NCBI RefSeq assembly: GCF_044239655.1
Contig: NZ_JBIIAY010000001.1
Span: 17,794-81,793 of the forward strand
Source: Brevundimonas sp.
GTDB lineage: Bacteria; Pseudomonadota; Alphaproteobacteria; Caulobacterales; Caulobacteraceae
DNA: 64,000 bases
Reading direction: 5' to 3'
Shown here in pieces: positions 36,506-49,367 of this stretch. Positions within the stretch are counted from its first letter, which is position 1, and each line of letters opens with the position of its first letter. Made by a program: the position numbers and the translations under genes. The notes below the pieces were generated by a model. That model was not told the DNA's origin and made no database searches. It saw only the letters and a list, made by a program, of their open reading frames with translations.

Positions 36506-38104
36506 TTACTCCAGACCCGCGTTCGGCGTCGGCGCGCCGGGCTCGCGACGAAGCACGGCCTTGAGCTCGGCGGGGGTCACGGCGCGGAAGGCGATCAGGC
36601 AGGCGGCATAGACCAGGCCGCCGACGCCGCAGATCACCAATACCGCGATCTCCTTGGCCAGCAGCCATCGTGACAGGTCTTCGTAGAAGACGCTGGCGGC
36701 GAACAGCACCCCGGCCATGGCGGCGCTGGCGGCCAAGACGCGGGCGATGCGGGACACGAACCGGGGCGAGGCGTGCCAGGCCTTCTCGCGGATCAGGGTC
36801 CCGCCCAGCAAGGCGACATTGACCCAGGCCGAGACCGAGGTGGCGATGGCCAGGCCCTGGACGCCGTCGACGCCGATCCGGCTGAACCAGAAGAACAGCC
36901 CGGCTCCCAGGACGACGGTGATGACCACGGAAGTGACGGCGAAGATCATCGGACGGCGCGTGTCCATCCGCGCGAAGAAGGGCGGGGTCAGGACCTTGGC
37001 CAGGACGAAGGCAGGCACCCCCCAGGCGAACTGGCGCAGGGCGTCGGCCGTCCGCGCCGCATCGGCGGTGGTGAAGGCCCCGCGCGTCATGGTCGCGTCG
37101 ATGACCACGAAGGGCATGACGAACAAGGCGATGGCCGCGGGCAGGGTGAAGGCCATGGCCAGGGTGATGCCGTCGTCGAGCGTCCGCTGGCCGCCCTCGT
37201 GATCGCCGGAGACGAAGGCCTTGGTCAGGCGGGGCACCAAAGCCAGGCCGATGGCGACGCCCACCAGGCCGAGCGGCAGCTGATACAGGCGGTCGGCGTT
37301 GTAGAGTACGGAGCGCGCGCCGGCGTCCGACCCGGTCAGCACCTGGCTGACCACCGAATTGAGCTGCAACGCGCCGCCGGCCATGGCACCGGGAATGGCG
37401 AGCTTGAGCGTCGTCTTCACGCTGGCCGTGACCCTGGGCCAGTGGATGCGAAGGCGGACGCCGAGTCGCCGGACGCCCCACCACAACAGGCCGGCCTGGA
37501 CGAGGCCTGACACCGTCACCGCCGCCGTGACGGCCTTGAGCGTGTCGGGCTGGCTCATCGGCAGGAATTCTGGTGCCAGCAGCGGGATCAGGGTGCAGAC
37601 GTTGAGAAACGCCCCGACCCCGGCCGTCAGGGCGAACTTGCCCGCCGTGTTCAGCACTCCCGACAGCAGGGAGGCGATGGTCATGCAGGCCAGATAGGGC
37701 ATGGCCAGCTGGGTCGCGGTGATGGCGACCCGCATGACCCCTGAATCGTCCTTCCAGGCCGACATCAGAAGCGGAATGATCCATGGCATGGCGACCTGCA
37801 TGGCGATGCAGAATGCGGTCACGACCGCGAACATGAAGCTTAGCGCCTCGGACGCCGTGACGGCGGCGGCCTCCTCGCCCTCGGCGGCACGGACCCCGCC
37901 GTAGATGGGCACGAAGGCCTGGGCGAAGGCGCCCTCGGCGAACAGGCGCCGGAACAGGTTGGGCAGCATGATCGCCGTGGCCCAGGCGTCCATCATCGGC
38001 CCCTGGCCGAACCGTGCCGACAGGGCCAGATCGCGCGCGAACCCCAGGATGCGGCTGCCCAGGGTCAGGGTCGACTGGACGATGGTGTTGCGGGCCAGGC
38101 TCAT
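36506..38104 (-). CDS. murJ: lipid II flippase MurJ (MviN)
   Basis: N-terminus MSLARNTIVQSTLTLGSRILGFARD; polytopic membrane protein. Confidence 0.92.
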   Translation of the reverse strand: MSLARNTIVQSTLTLGSRILGFARDLALSARFGQGPMMDAWATAIMLPNLFRRLFAEGAFAQAFVPIYGGVRAAEGEEAAAVTASEALSFMFAVVTAFCIAMQVAMPWIIPLLMSAWKDDSGVMRVAITATQLAMPYLACMTIASLLSGVLNTAGKFALTAGVGAFLNVCTLIPLLAPEFLPMSQPDTLKAVTAAVTVSGLVQAGLLWWGVRRLGVRLRIHWPRVTASVKTTLKLAIPGAMAGGALQLNSVVSQVLTGSDAGARSVLYNADRLYQLPLGLVGVAIGLALVPRLTKAFVSGDHEGGQRTLDDGITLAMAFTLPAAIALFVMPFVVIDATMTRGAFTTADAARTADALRQFAWGVPAFVLAKVLTPPFFARMDTRRPMIFAVTSVVITVVLGAGLFFWFSRIGVDGVQGLAIATSVSAWVNVALLGGTLIREKAWHASPRFVSRIARVLAASAAMAGVLFAASVFYEDLSRWLLAKEIAVLVICGVGGLVYAACLIAFRAVTPAELKAVLRREPGAPTPNAGLE

Positions 38105-38113
38105 GGTCGGCGC

Positions 38114-40822
38114 TTAGCGCGCTTCCGAGACCGGTGAAACGGCCTTTCGGCGGATCGGGCGGTTCAGGTCGGAGACGTCGCGGGCACTGGCCCGGGCGGC
38201 GGTGATGCGCCTGCCGGCCGGGGCGGCGGGCGTGCGTTCCAGCACCGCCTCCAGCGCCGTCTGGATCTCGATCAGCAACTGTTCGGCAAAGACCTTTCGG
38301 CCCTTGCGATCGACGACATAGAAACTGTCCACCGCCCGTTCGCCATAGCCAGCGACATGGGCCGAGCGGATCGACAGGCCCAGGTCCGTCAGGGTGCGCG
38401 ACAGCTCGGCCAGCAGCCCCGGCCGGTCGGCACCCGAGACCTCGATCACCGTGGCAGTATCCGACGCCGCCGTGTCGATCATCACCACGGGCCGCACGTC
38501 GAAAACGGCCCGGCGCGGGGTGGCGGCGGGCATCGGCGGAGGGGCGATCGGGGTCTCGCCGCGCGCTGCGGCTTCCAGCGCGGCGACCAGGGTGGTCAGG
38601 CGGCGCGGCTCGTTCTGGCCATAGGGGGCATCGGCCCCGTCCTGGACCTGGAACACGTCCAGCACCGTGCCGTCCGGCGTGGTGGCGACCCGTGCGCCCG
38701 TCACGTCGGCTCCGGCGGCGGCCAGCGCAGCGGTCAGGTCGGCGAACAGGCCGGGCCGGTCGCGGGCGGCCAGAGAAATCTGGGTCGTCGATTCGATCCG
38801 GCCCGGTCCCTGACGGGTCTCGACCGCAGCGCCGGTCTGCGCCGCCCGCGCCACAAGGTCGGCATGGTCGGCCAGGGGATCGAGCGCCTGCACGTCCTCG
38901 CCCCGGAACAGGGCCTCGGTGGCGTTGTACAGGCTGGTGATCAGCTGGCCCTTCCAGCTGTTCCACACGCCCGGGCCCACCGCCCGGATGTCGGCGACGG
39001 TCAGGACCTGGAGCAGGCGCAGGCGCTCGGGATCGCCGACCAATTCGGCGAAACTGCGGATGGTGGCGGGGTCCGAGGTGTCGCGCTTCTGGGCATAGTC
39101 GGACAGGGCCAGGTGGTTCCGCACCAGCCAGACCACCAGCTCGATCCGGCGCGGATCGACCCCCAGCCGCTCGCAGGCCCGGCGCGCGGCGATGGCACCG
39201 TCTTCAAGCTGGCCCCGCTCGCCGCCCTTGCCGACGTCGTGCAGCAACATGGCCAGCATCAGCACCTCAGGATCGGCGATCAGGTGGATGATGGCCGAGG
39301 CGTTGGGGTGGTCGTGCTTCAGCTTGCCGCGCGAAATGTCGTTGATGATGCCGATGGCCTGAAGCGTGTGCTCGTCGACCGTATAGGCGTGGTACATGTT
39401 GAACTGGGTCTGGCCGACGATCCGCCCCCACTCGGGCAGGAACCGGCCGAGCAACCCGGTCTCGTTCATGATGGTCAGGACCCGATAGGGCCGCGCGCCG
39501 TGCGCCAGGATGTGCAGCAGCGCCGCCGTCGCCTCCGGATTGCGCCTCAGTTTCGGCGTCACCAGCCCTAAGGACCGGGTCACCGCCGAAAAGGCGTGGG
39601 GATGGACGTCAAGGTCGTGCTGGTCGGCGCAGACAAACAGTTTCAGCAGCTTCACCGGATCGTCGGCGAACACCTCCGGCCCCGTCACCGACAGCCGCCC
39701 GCCTTCCTCGATGAAACCGGGCACGCCCAGGTTCCGCTTTCGCCCGGGGATCAGCCGCGACAGGCTCATGGTCTTCTTCTGCTGGCGCGCCTCCAGCGTC
39801 GCGCTCATGGCGCGGGTCAGGGCCCCGACGTCGCGGGCGACCAGGAAGTATCGGCGCATGAACCGCTCGACCGCCGGCTCGTCGCCCCGCCCGCGCCAGC
39901 CCATGCGCCGCGCCACCTCGGGCTGAAGGTCGAAGGTCAGCTTTTCCTCGGCCCGCCCGGCGGTCAGGTGCAGGTGAGCCCGGACCCGCCACAGGAAGTC
40001 GAACGCCTCCTCGAAGGTGCGGCGTTCGCGCGCCGTCAGCAGGTCGTCCAGAACGGCGGCGCCCAGCACCGAATTGGGCGCCAGGGACCGCGCGATCCAG
40101 AACAGGGTGTTGAGGTCGCGCAGGCCCCCCTTGCCGTCCTTGATATTGGGCTCGACGCGGTATCGCACTGCCCCGACCTTCTCGTGCCGCGCGGCCCGTT
40201 CCTCCAGCTTGGCGGCGATGAAGGGGCGGGGATCGGCGTTGGTCACCATGCCCCGGAACCGCCACAGGAAATCCTCGGTCAGCAACCGGTCGCCGGCCAG
40301 ATACCGCGCTTCCAGCAGGGTCGTCCGCACCACCATGTCGGTGCGCGACAGGGCCAGGCATTCCTCGACCGCCCGCGCCGCCGACCCGACCTTCAGGCCC
40401 AGATCCCACAGCACATAGAGGACGAAGGCGGCCACCGTCTCCGTCCGCGCCGTCGTCTTCCACGGCCGCAGGAACAACAGGTCCAGGTCCGAAAACGGTG
40501 CCAGGACGCCGCGCCCGTATCCGCCGACCGCGATCAGCGACAGCCGCTCGGCCTCATTGGGGGCCGGCGACGGATAGAGGGTCTCGGTCGTGAACCGCCA
40601 CAGGGCGATCAGGATTTCGTCGGCCGCCTGGCAATACAGCCGCGCCACCTCGACCCCGCCCAGGCCGTTCGCCAGCTTCGACCCGATCCTGTGGCGGGCG
40701 GCGGCATGGTGCGCGCCCAGCAGCGCCGCGACCTCGGCCCGCACGTTCGGCCCGCCGACCAGGGCGTCAAGACGCCGGTCGAGGTCGGAGAGTTCGGTCG
40801 TGGCGGGGGGAGCGGCGGACAT
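38114..40822 (-). CDS. glnD: [protein-PII] uridylyltransferase / uridylyl-removing enzyme
   Basis: Nucleotidyltransferase GGYGRG, HD domain LLHDVGKG, two C-terminal ACT-like regions. Start taken at MSAAPPATTEL. Confidence 0.92.
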   Translation of the reverse strand: MSAAPPATTELSDLDRRLDALVGGPNVRAEVAALLGAHHAAARHRIGSKLANGLGGVEVARLYCQAADEILIALWRFTTETLYPSPAPNEAERLSLIAVGGYGRGVLAPFSDLDLLFLRPWKTTARTETVAAFVLYVLWDLGLKVGSAARAVEECLALSRTDMVVRTTLLEARYLAGDRLLTEDFLWRFRGMVTNADPRPFIAAKLEERAARHEKVGAVRYRVEPNIKDGKGGLRDLNTLFWIARSLAPNSVLGAAVLDDLLTARERRTFEEAFDFLWRVRAHLHLTAGRAEEKLTFDLQPEVARRMGWRGRGDEPAVERFMRRYFLVARDVGALTRAMSATLEARQQKKTMSLSRLIPGRKRNLGVPGFIEEGGRLSVTGPEVFADDPVKLLKLFVCADQHDLDVHPHAFSAVTRSLGLVTPKLRRNPEATAALLHILAHGARPYRVLTIMNETGLLGRFLPEWGRIVGQTQFNMYHAYTVDEHTLQAIGIINDISRGKLKHDHPNASAIIHLIADPEVLMLAMLLHDVGKGGERGQLEDGAIAARRACERLGVDPRRIELVVWLVRNHLALSDYAQKRDTSDPATIRSFAELVGDPERLRLLQVLTVADIRAVGPGVWNSWKGQLITSLYNATEALFRGEDVQALDPLADHADLVARAAQTGAAVETRQGPGRIESTTQISLAARDRPGLFADLTAALAAAGADVTGARVATTPDGTVLDVFQVQDGADAPYGQNEPRRLTTLVAALEAAARGETPIAPPPMPAATPRRAVFDVRPVVMIDTAASDTATVIEVSGADRPGLLAELSRTLTDLGLSIRSAHVAGYGERAVDSFYVVDRKGRKVFAEQLLIEIQTALEAVLERTPAAPAGRRITAARASARDVSDLNRPIRRKAVSPVSEAR

Positions 40823-40958
40823 CGGCCCGCACACTATAGGCACAATCCTTGACCGTTTGGACGCCATCGACCGGGAATCTGTGGGTCTCATGCGACACCT
40901 CGTCGCCAAGCTTCGCCTGACGGGCGTGTGGTCTGGAAACCCGTGATTTCCTGAGGCA

Positions 40959-41684
40959 GTGTCGCGTCAACAAGTCGGGGCTGACTTCTTGAAACGCTTT
41001 CTATTCGCCGCAGCGGTGCTTTGCGCTGCCCCGGGCCTCATGGCCCTGGGGGCGACGGATCGTCTCGTGACCGCCATGCCGGCCAGCACCGGCCCCGGCG
41101 GGGGTGCCGGCCAGCTGTCACGCGAGGTCTTCGACGAGATGAACCTGATGCGGGCCGACCCGCAGGGCTATGTCGCTGTCCTGCAAGCGTATCGCGCCCA
41201 GTTTCGTGGCGACGTCGTCATTCGCCCAGGCCGTATCTCGATCCAGACCCGCGAGGGCGTCGCCGCCGTCGACGAAGCGATCCGATTCCTCCAGGCCCAG
41301 TCGCCGATGCCACCGCTTCAGCCCGACACCATCCTGGGCCTGGCCGCCGCCGACCATGCGCGCGATCAGGGACCGGCCGGCTATATCGGCCACCATTCCT
41401 CCGACGGCTGGGACTTCGCCACCCGCGTCGCCCGTCGCGGCGGCGAGCCGTATGGCGGCGAGAACATCTCCTACGGCTATGACACTGCGCGCGAGGTCAT
41501 CATCCAGCTGCTGGTCGACGACAACGTCCGCGACCGGGGCCACCGCGTGAACCTGTTCCGCCCCGGATACGTCCGCGCCGGCGTCGGCTGCGGGCCGCAC
41601 ACGGTGTTCAGCTATATGTGCGTGATCGACTATGGATACGCGCCGAGGAAGCCGGCTGGCGCGGCAAGAGCGGCGATGCCCTGA
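40959..41684 (+). CDS. secreted CAP/SCP (PR-1-like) domain protein
   Basis: Signal-like N-terminus. CAP-domain region GHHSSDGW...GENISYG...VDDNVRDRGHRVN. GTG start is uncertain (a TTG lies about 30 nt downstream). Confidence 0.72.
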   Translation: MSRQQVGADFLKRFLFAAAVLCAAPGLMALGATDRLVTAMPASTGPGGGAGQLSREVFDEMNLMRADPQGYVAVLQAYRAQFRGDVVIRPGRISIQTREGVAAVDEAIRFLQAQSPMPPLQPDTILGLAAADHARDQGPAGYIGHHSSDGWDFATRVARRGGEPYGGENISYGYDTAREVIIQLLVDDNVRDRGHRVNLFRPGYVRAGVGCGPHTVFSYMCVIDYGYAPRKPAGAARAAMP

Positions 41685-41690
41685 CCTTTT

Positions 41691-41722
41691 CTCCTCCTGT
41701 CGCGAAGCGATGGGGAGGAGAG
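41691..41722. terminator. solo family-A arm hairpin (CTCCTCCTGTCGCGAAGCGATGGGGAGGAG) between convergent genes
   Basis: A single arm of the family A repeat occupying the 45-bp gap between the CAP gene and mutS. Candidate bidirectional terminator. Confidence 0.5.
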
Positions 41723-41729
41723 GCGACAC

Positions 41730-44423
<2,694 letters not shown>

Positions 44424-44552
44424 AGGATGGCGACAGGGTGACGGATCACGCGCGTCGTCTCAAGCCATGATCCGGGTCCTGATCTGGTCAGCGGTTGTCC
44501 CGGACCCCATCTTGCCTCACACAGGGGCGCTGAAGAAGGAAGTCTGAGATCC

Positions 44553-44711
44553 ATGGCCAGGAAGCCCAACTACAGTTTCGAGCGCCAGGAGCGCGAGCGC
44601 GCCGACGCCAAGAAGGCCGCCGAAAAGGCCGCCAAGAAGGCTGAACGCAAGGCCGCCCAGGCCGCCTTCGAGGCCGGCGAGGGCCCGGACCCGGATCTGA
44701 TCCAGGACTGA
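44553..44711 (+). CDS. small highly charged hypothetical protein (52 aa), below the ORF-track cutoff
   Basis: Reads MARKPNYSFERQERERADAKKAAEKAAKKAERKAAQAAFEAGEGPDPDLIQD. GAAGGAAG lies about 12 nt upstream of the ATG. Host-like GC3. Confidence 0.5.
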   Translation: MARKPNYSFERQERERADAKKAAEKAAKKAERKAAQAAFEAGEGPDPDLIQD

Positions 44712-44733
44712 CGCCGCTTTCGGCCGCCCCCGC

Positions 44734-45879
44734 ATGACCGACCTGCCCGAGATCCACGGCGTCTGCCCGGCGCGGTTCGCCACCGTCCGTGACGCCTTCG
44801 CGGCCAACTTCACCGATGCGCCCGAAGGCCTGGACGAACAGGCCGCGCGGTTCAGCGTCGTGGTGGCGGGCGAGACGGTCATCGACCTGTGGGCCGGGAT
44901 GGCCGATCCGCGTGCCCCTACGCCGTTCACGGAGACCACGCTGACGCCGGTGTTCTCGACCGGCAAGGCGGTGATGGCCCTGCTGATCGCGACCTGTGTC
45001 GAGCGCGGCCTGCTGGACTACGACCGGCCGGTCGCCGAGATCTGGCCCGAGTACGGCCAGGCCGGCAAGGACAAGATCACCCTGGCGCAAATGATGTCGC
45101 ATCAGGACGGCCTGCCGGGCTTTGACGCGCCGGTCGATCCGACCATCTGGTTCGACCGACAGGCGGTGCTGGACCGGCTGTGTGAACAGGTGCCGATGTG
45201 GCCGCCGGGGACGGCGTCCGGCTATCACCCGATCACCATCGGCTATCTGGCGGGCGAGGTGTTCCGGCGCGCCGACTGCCGCTCCATGGGCCAGGCCCTG
45301 CGCGAGGATTTCGCCCAGCCCTTCGGTCTCGACCTGTGGATCGGCCTGCCCGAGACGGAGCACGGCCGCGTGGCGACGATGCGCAAGCCGGGCAAGGCCG
45401 TGGACCTCGGCCCCATCGATGCGGTCAAGACCGCCGCCTTCCTCGACAAGGGTTCGGCCCCCGGCGGGCGCGGGTCGGCCGAGTGGCGCACGATGGAGAT
45501 TCCGTCGGCCAACCTGCACGGCACGGCTCTGGACATCGCGCGCATCCTCAACGTCCTGGCCAACGACGGCCTGCTGGACGGCAAGGCGATCCTGTCGCCG
45601 GAGGTAGTGGAGGCCGCGAGCCGCGAACGCATCCACGGCTTGGACCGCGTCCTGCCCTTCACCCTGAGCTGGGGTGCCGGATACACCCGCAACGCCGGGA
45701 TCGGCATCTTCGGGCCCAATCCGGACGCGGTCGGTCACTGCGGCTGGGGCGGCTCATGCGCCTTTGCCGACGCCGATGCGAAGTTGTCGGCCGCCTATGT
45801 CATGACCCGCCAGTCGCACCATTTGATCGGCGATCCGCGCGCGCGGAGGCTGATCGACGCCCTCTATTCGGGGATCTGA
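44734..45879 (+). CDS. serine hydrolase, beta-lactamase/esterase (class C-like) family
   Basis: S-x-x-K motif FSTGKAV; length and pattern fit EstB-type esterases. Confidence 0.82.
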   Translation: MTDLPEIHGVCPARFATVRDAFAANFTDAPEGLDEQAARFSVVVAGETVIDLWAGMADPRAPTPFTETTLTPVFSTGKAVMALLIATCVERGLLDYDRPVAEIWPEYGQAGKDKITLAQMMSHQDGLPGFDAPVDPTIWFDRQAVLDRLCEQVPMWPPGTASGYHPITIGYLAGEVFRRADCRSMGQALREDFAQPFGLDLWIGLPETEHGRVATMRKPGKAVDLGPIDAVKTAAFLDKGSAPGGRGSAEWRTMEIPSANLHGTALDIARILNVLANDGLLDGKAILSPEVVEAASRERIHGLDRVLPFTLSWGAGYTRNAGIGIFGPNPDAVGHCGWGGSCAFADADAKLSAAYVMTRQSHHLIGDPRARRLIDALYSGI

Positions 45880-46790
45880 AGCCGGATCGCCTGTCGCTCG
45901 GCCCGCCTGCGCCACAGGGCGGCCCCGGCGAAGACGGCCGCCCCGGCCCAGATGAAGCCGAACGACAGAATCCTCAGCAGCGTGAGGGGCTCGCCCGAGG
46001 CCACGCCGATGCAGAACTGAAGCGTCGGGGCCAGGAACTGCAGGAAGCCGATGGTCGACAGCGGGAGCCGCCGCGCCGACCAGGCGAACAGGACCAGGGG
46101 CAGGACGGTGGCCAGACCGCTGGAAATCGCCCAGCCCCAGTGCGCGGGGTTGGAGAAGCCGACGACGTCGGCCGTCTGGTTCAGCCACAGCAGCAGGCCG
46201 ATCCCGACCGGGATCATCAGCAGGCATTCGACGAACAGCCCGGTCTGGGCATCGGCATCCACCCGTTTGCGGATGATGCCGTAGGCAGCGAAGCTGAAGG
46301 CGATGACCAGCGACAGCCACGGGGCCCGGCCCAGCGCGATCGCCTGCAACACCACCCCGACCGCCGCCGCCCCGATGGCGATCCAGCCCCACCGGTCGAT
46401 CCGCTCGCGGAACACGACCAGGCCCGCCACCATGTTGAGCAGCGGATTGATGTAGTAGCCGAGGCTGGCCTCCAGGGTGTGATGGTTGGTGGTGGCCCAG
46501 ACATAGGCCCCCCAGTTGATCAGGATCATCGCCGTGGACAGGGCCAGCCAGCCCAGGGTCGCGGGCGTGGTCAGCACCCGCCGGACCTGCTCCAGCCGCC
46601 CCGTGACCAGGACCAGCACGGCAGCGAACGCCACGGCCCACAAGCCCCGCTGGGCCAGAATCTCGGGCGCCGAAAACCCCGCCCTGGCCATGGCCATGAA
46701 CAGCAGGGGAAACACGCCCCACAGGACGTAGCAGACTAGCCCCGCGATCAGGGCATTGCGGGTTTCGGTGGGGGCGGGTGAAGAGGGCAT
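45864..46790 (-). CDS. rarD: EamA/RarD family transporter
   Basis: GLVCYVLWGVFPLLF N-terminus and about 10 hydrophobic segments. Start taken at MPSSPAP; the upstream part of the track ORF runs into the repeat. Confidence 0.83.
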   Translation of the reverse strand: MPSSPAPTETRNALIAGLVCYVLWGVFPLLFMAMARAGFSAPEILAQRGLWAVAFAAVLVLVTGRLEQVRRVLTTPATLGWLALSTAMILINWGAYVWATTNHHTLEASLGYYINPLLNMVAGLVVFRERIDRWGWIAIGAAAVGVVLQAIALGRAPWLSLVIAFSFAAYGIIRKRVDADAQTGLFVECLLMIPVGIGLLLWLNQTADVVGFSNPAHWGWAISSGLATVLPLVLFAWSARRLPLSTIGFLQFLAPTLQFCIGVASGEPLTLLRILSFGFIWAGAAVFAGAALWRRRAERQAIRLQIPE

Positions 46791-46800
46791 GATATTTCCT

Positions 46801-46970
46801 CCCTCTCCCATCGGGAGAGGGCTTGAGCGCCCGAGAGCCGCCAGGCGATCGGTCTTGCGCGAAAGGGTGAGGGGCGTTCCCTCGCCGGGACGCACCGTAA
46901 TCCCTCACCCTTTCGGCTTAGCGCATCGCTGCGCTCTGCGAGCCTCAAGCCCTCTCCCGCCGGGAGAGGG
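46801..46970. repeat. nested palindrome (family D): arms CCCTCTCCCATCGGGAGAGGG / CCCTCTCCCGCCGGGAGAGGG, inner AAGGGTGAGGG / CCCTCACCCTT
   Basis: Same architecture as families A and C. Flanking GCTTGAG/CTCAAGC extends the outer pairing. Confidence 0.88.
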
Positions 46971-46978
46971 TCAAGAGA

Positions 46979-48022
46979 TCAAACCGCGATCGAACGATAC
47001 CCCGTCGACGGTTTGATCGTCCCCGTCTCGTCCAGCAGCTGGGCGATCTGCACCGCATTCAGCGCCGCACCCTTGCGCAGGTTGTCGGACACGACCCAGA
47101 AGCACAGGCCGTTCTCGACCGTGTGGTCCTTGCGGATGCGCGACACATAGACGGCGTGCTCGCCCGCCGCGTCGACGGGGGTGATGTAGCCGTCGTGCTC
47201 CTGCTTATCGACCACCAGGACGCCGGGGGCCTCGCGCAGGATGGCGCGGGCCTCGTCGGGGCTGATGGGGCGATCGAACTCGACGGTCACGGCCTCGGAG
47301 TGGCCGACGAACACCGGCACACGGACGCAGGTGACTGTCAGCTTGATCTCGGGGTCCATCATCTTGTGGACCTCGTTCCACATCTTGGCCTCTTCGTCGG
47401 TGTATCCGTCCTCGTTGAACGACCCGATGTAGGGGATGACGTTGAAGGCGATCTGCTTGGGGAATTTCTTCGGCTTGGCGTCGCCCAGGCCATAGATGGC
47501 CTTGGTCTGGTTCCACAGCTCGTCCATGCCTTCCTTGCCGGCGCCCGACACCGATTGATAGGTCGAGACCACGACGCGCTTGATCTTGGCCGCGTCATGC
47601 AGGGGCTTGAGCGCCACGACCAGCTGGGCCGTCGAGCAGTTCGGGTTGGCGATGATGTTCTTCTTGATATCCTTGACCGCGTCCGGGTTCACCTCGGGCA
47701 CGATCAGGGGCACGTCCTTGTCCATGCGGAAGACGGACGAGTTGTCGATCACGATCGGACCGGCCGCGCCGATCTTTTCCGACCAGGCCCTGGACACGGT
47801 CCCGCCGGCCGACATCAGGACGATGTCGACGGTGGAAAAGTCGAACGTCTCCATGTCCTCGCACTTGATGGTCTTGTCGCCCCAGGCGACGTCCATCCCC
47901 TTGGATTTTCGCGAGGCGATCGCGTGCATGATCTCGACGGGGAAGTTCAGTTCCTCGAGGATGGTCAGCATTTCCCGGCCGACATTGCCGGTGGCGCCTA
48001 CGACGGCGACGCGATAGCCCAT
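46979..48022 (-). CDS. asd: aspartate-semialdehyde dehydrogenase
   Basis: VAVVGATGNVG NAD motif and active-site region NPNCST. Confidence 0.95.
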   Translation of the reverse strand: MGYRVAVVGATGNVGREMLTILEELNFPVEIMHAIASRKSKGMDVAWGDKTIKCEDMETFDFSTVDIVLMSAGGTVSRAWSEKIGAAGPIVIDNSSVFRMDKDVPLIVPEVNPDAVKDIKKNIIANPNCSTAQLVVALKPLHDAAKIKRVVVSTYQSVSGAGKEGMDELWNQTKAIYGLGDAKPKKFPKQIAFNVIPYIGSFNEDGYTDEEAKMWNEVHKMMDPEIKLTVTCVRVPVFVGHSEAVTVEFDRPISPDEARAILREAPGVLVVDKQEHDGYITPVDAAGEHAVYVSRIRKDHTVENGLCFWVVSDNLRKGAALNAVQIAQLLDETGTIKPSTGYRSIAV

Positions 48023-48208
48023 GATCTTAGTCCTTCGGACGCGCTAACGCTCGGCTCGCGGAGCCTCGCTGCTTGAGCGCGGTTGGTGCGTGGGTGTTGG
48101 TTTCGTGTCTGCTGCAAGGTTTCTTGCGGCAGGGCGAGGCATGTAAGCCTTCGCGCGGGCGAAGTCATCGCTTTTCACATCGCTTGCGCAAGACTATGCC
48201 CCAGTTCG

Positions 48209-49309
48209 ATGGGCTCCCGTATTCGTTCCGCTTATGACATCCGCGTCGAGGAAGGCGTGATCGCCCCCGATCCGGCGCAGGTCCCCCTGATCGCGGCCCT
48301 GGAGCGGCTGGAGGAGGACCTGTCGAAGAAGGGGCTGTTCGGCAAACAGCCGGAGGTGCGCGGGCTCTACATCTGGGGGCCGCCGGGGCGCGGCAAGTCC
48401 ATGCTGATGGACCTGTTCGTCTCGGCCTCGCCCGAGCCGCGAAAGACCCGCGCCCATTTCCACGCCTTCATGGCTCGCGTCCACGACCTGGTCCGTCAGT
48501 GGCGCGAGGGCGACCGGAAGAGCCGCAAGGCCGTGTTCGGTACCCACAGGGGCGACGACCCGATCGAGCCGGTCGCCGACCTGATCGCATCGGAGGCCCG
48601 GCTGCTGTGCTTCGACGAGCTCCAGGTCACCGACATCGCCGACGCGATGATCCTGGGCCGGCTGTTCGACGCCCTGTTCGAGAGGAAGGTCGTCCTGGCC
48701 ATGACCTCGAACCGCAGCCCCGATCAACTCTACAAGGACGGCATCAACCGTCCGCTGTTCGTGCCCTTTATCGACGAGATCAAGGCGCGCTGCGCGGTGA
48801 TCGAGATCGCGGGTGCCCGCGACTGGCGGCTGGATCGCCTGATGGGCTCGCCGGTCTGGTTCGCCGATGGTGGGGCGGGGCGTCAGGCCTTCGAGACCCT
48901 GTGGTACGACCTCAAGGGCGGCGAGCCCGAGGAACCGGCGCATCTGACGGTCCTGGGCCGCGACGTCGTGGTCGAACGCACCGCCGGGTCCATGGCGCGG
49001 AGTTCCTTCGCCGACCTCTGCGCCCGGCCGCTGGGGCCGCAGGACTATCTGGCGGTGGCCCGGCGGTTCCACACCCTGTTCGTGTCCGACATCCCCCGCC
49101 TCGGCCCCGAGAACCGTCAGGAGGCGGCGCGGTTCGTCACCCTGATCGACGCCCTCTACGAAGCCGGAACCCGGCTGGTCGCCACCTCGGCCGCCGAGCC
49201 CGAGGCTCTGTATCCCTGCGGCGACGGTGCCTTCGAGTTCGAGCGTACCGCGTCGCGCCTGCGCGAAATGGCCAGCGCCAGCTGGCTGGAGAAGGCGACG
49301 CATGAATAG
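48209..49309 (+). CDS. zapE: AFG1/ZapE-family ATPase
   Basis: Walker A GPPGRGKSMLMD and Walker B LLCFDE. Start taken at MGSRIRS. Confidence 0.84.
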   Translation: MGSRIRSAYDIRVEEGVIAPDPAQVPLIAALERLEEDLSKKGLFGKQPEVRGLYIWGPPGRGKSMLMDLFVSASPEPRKTRAHFHAFMARVHDLVRQWREGDRKSRKAVFGTHRGDDPIEPVADLIASEARLLCFDELQVTDIADAMILGRLFDALFERKVVLAMTSNRSPDQLYKDGINRPLFVPFIDEIKARCAVIEIAGARDWRLDRLMGSPVWFADGGAGRQAFETLWYDLKGGEPEEPAHLTVLGRDVVVERTAGSMARSSFADLCARPLGPQDYLAVARRFHTLFVSDIPRLGPENRQEAARFVTLIDALYEAGTRLVATSAAEPEALYPCGDGAFEFERTASRLREMASASWLEKATHE

Positions 49310-49367
49310 AGTCTCACAACTTCGCCTTATTGCCAGTTAGTCTGACCGCGCTCAGGAGACACTACCC

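Noticed and set aside
36423-38966. 847-aa ORF on the minus strand spanning murJ and part of glnD
   Set aside because: It is an alternative frame of two well-supported genes and crosses their boundary. Extremely Arg/Pro/Gly-rich.
9101-41722. Possibility that the recurring repeats form a CRISPR array
   Set aside because: Copies are kilobases apart and separated by housekeeping genes. They are 140-210 bp long and internally palindromic. There is no regular repeat-spacer periodicity and there are no cas genes.
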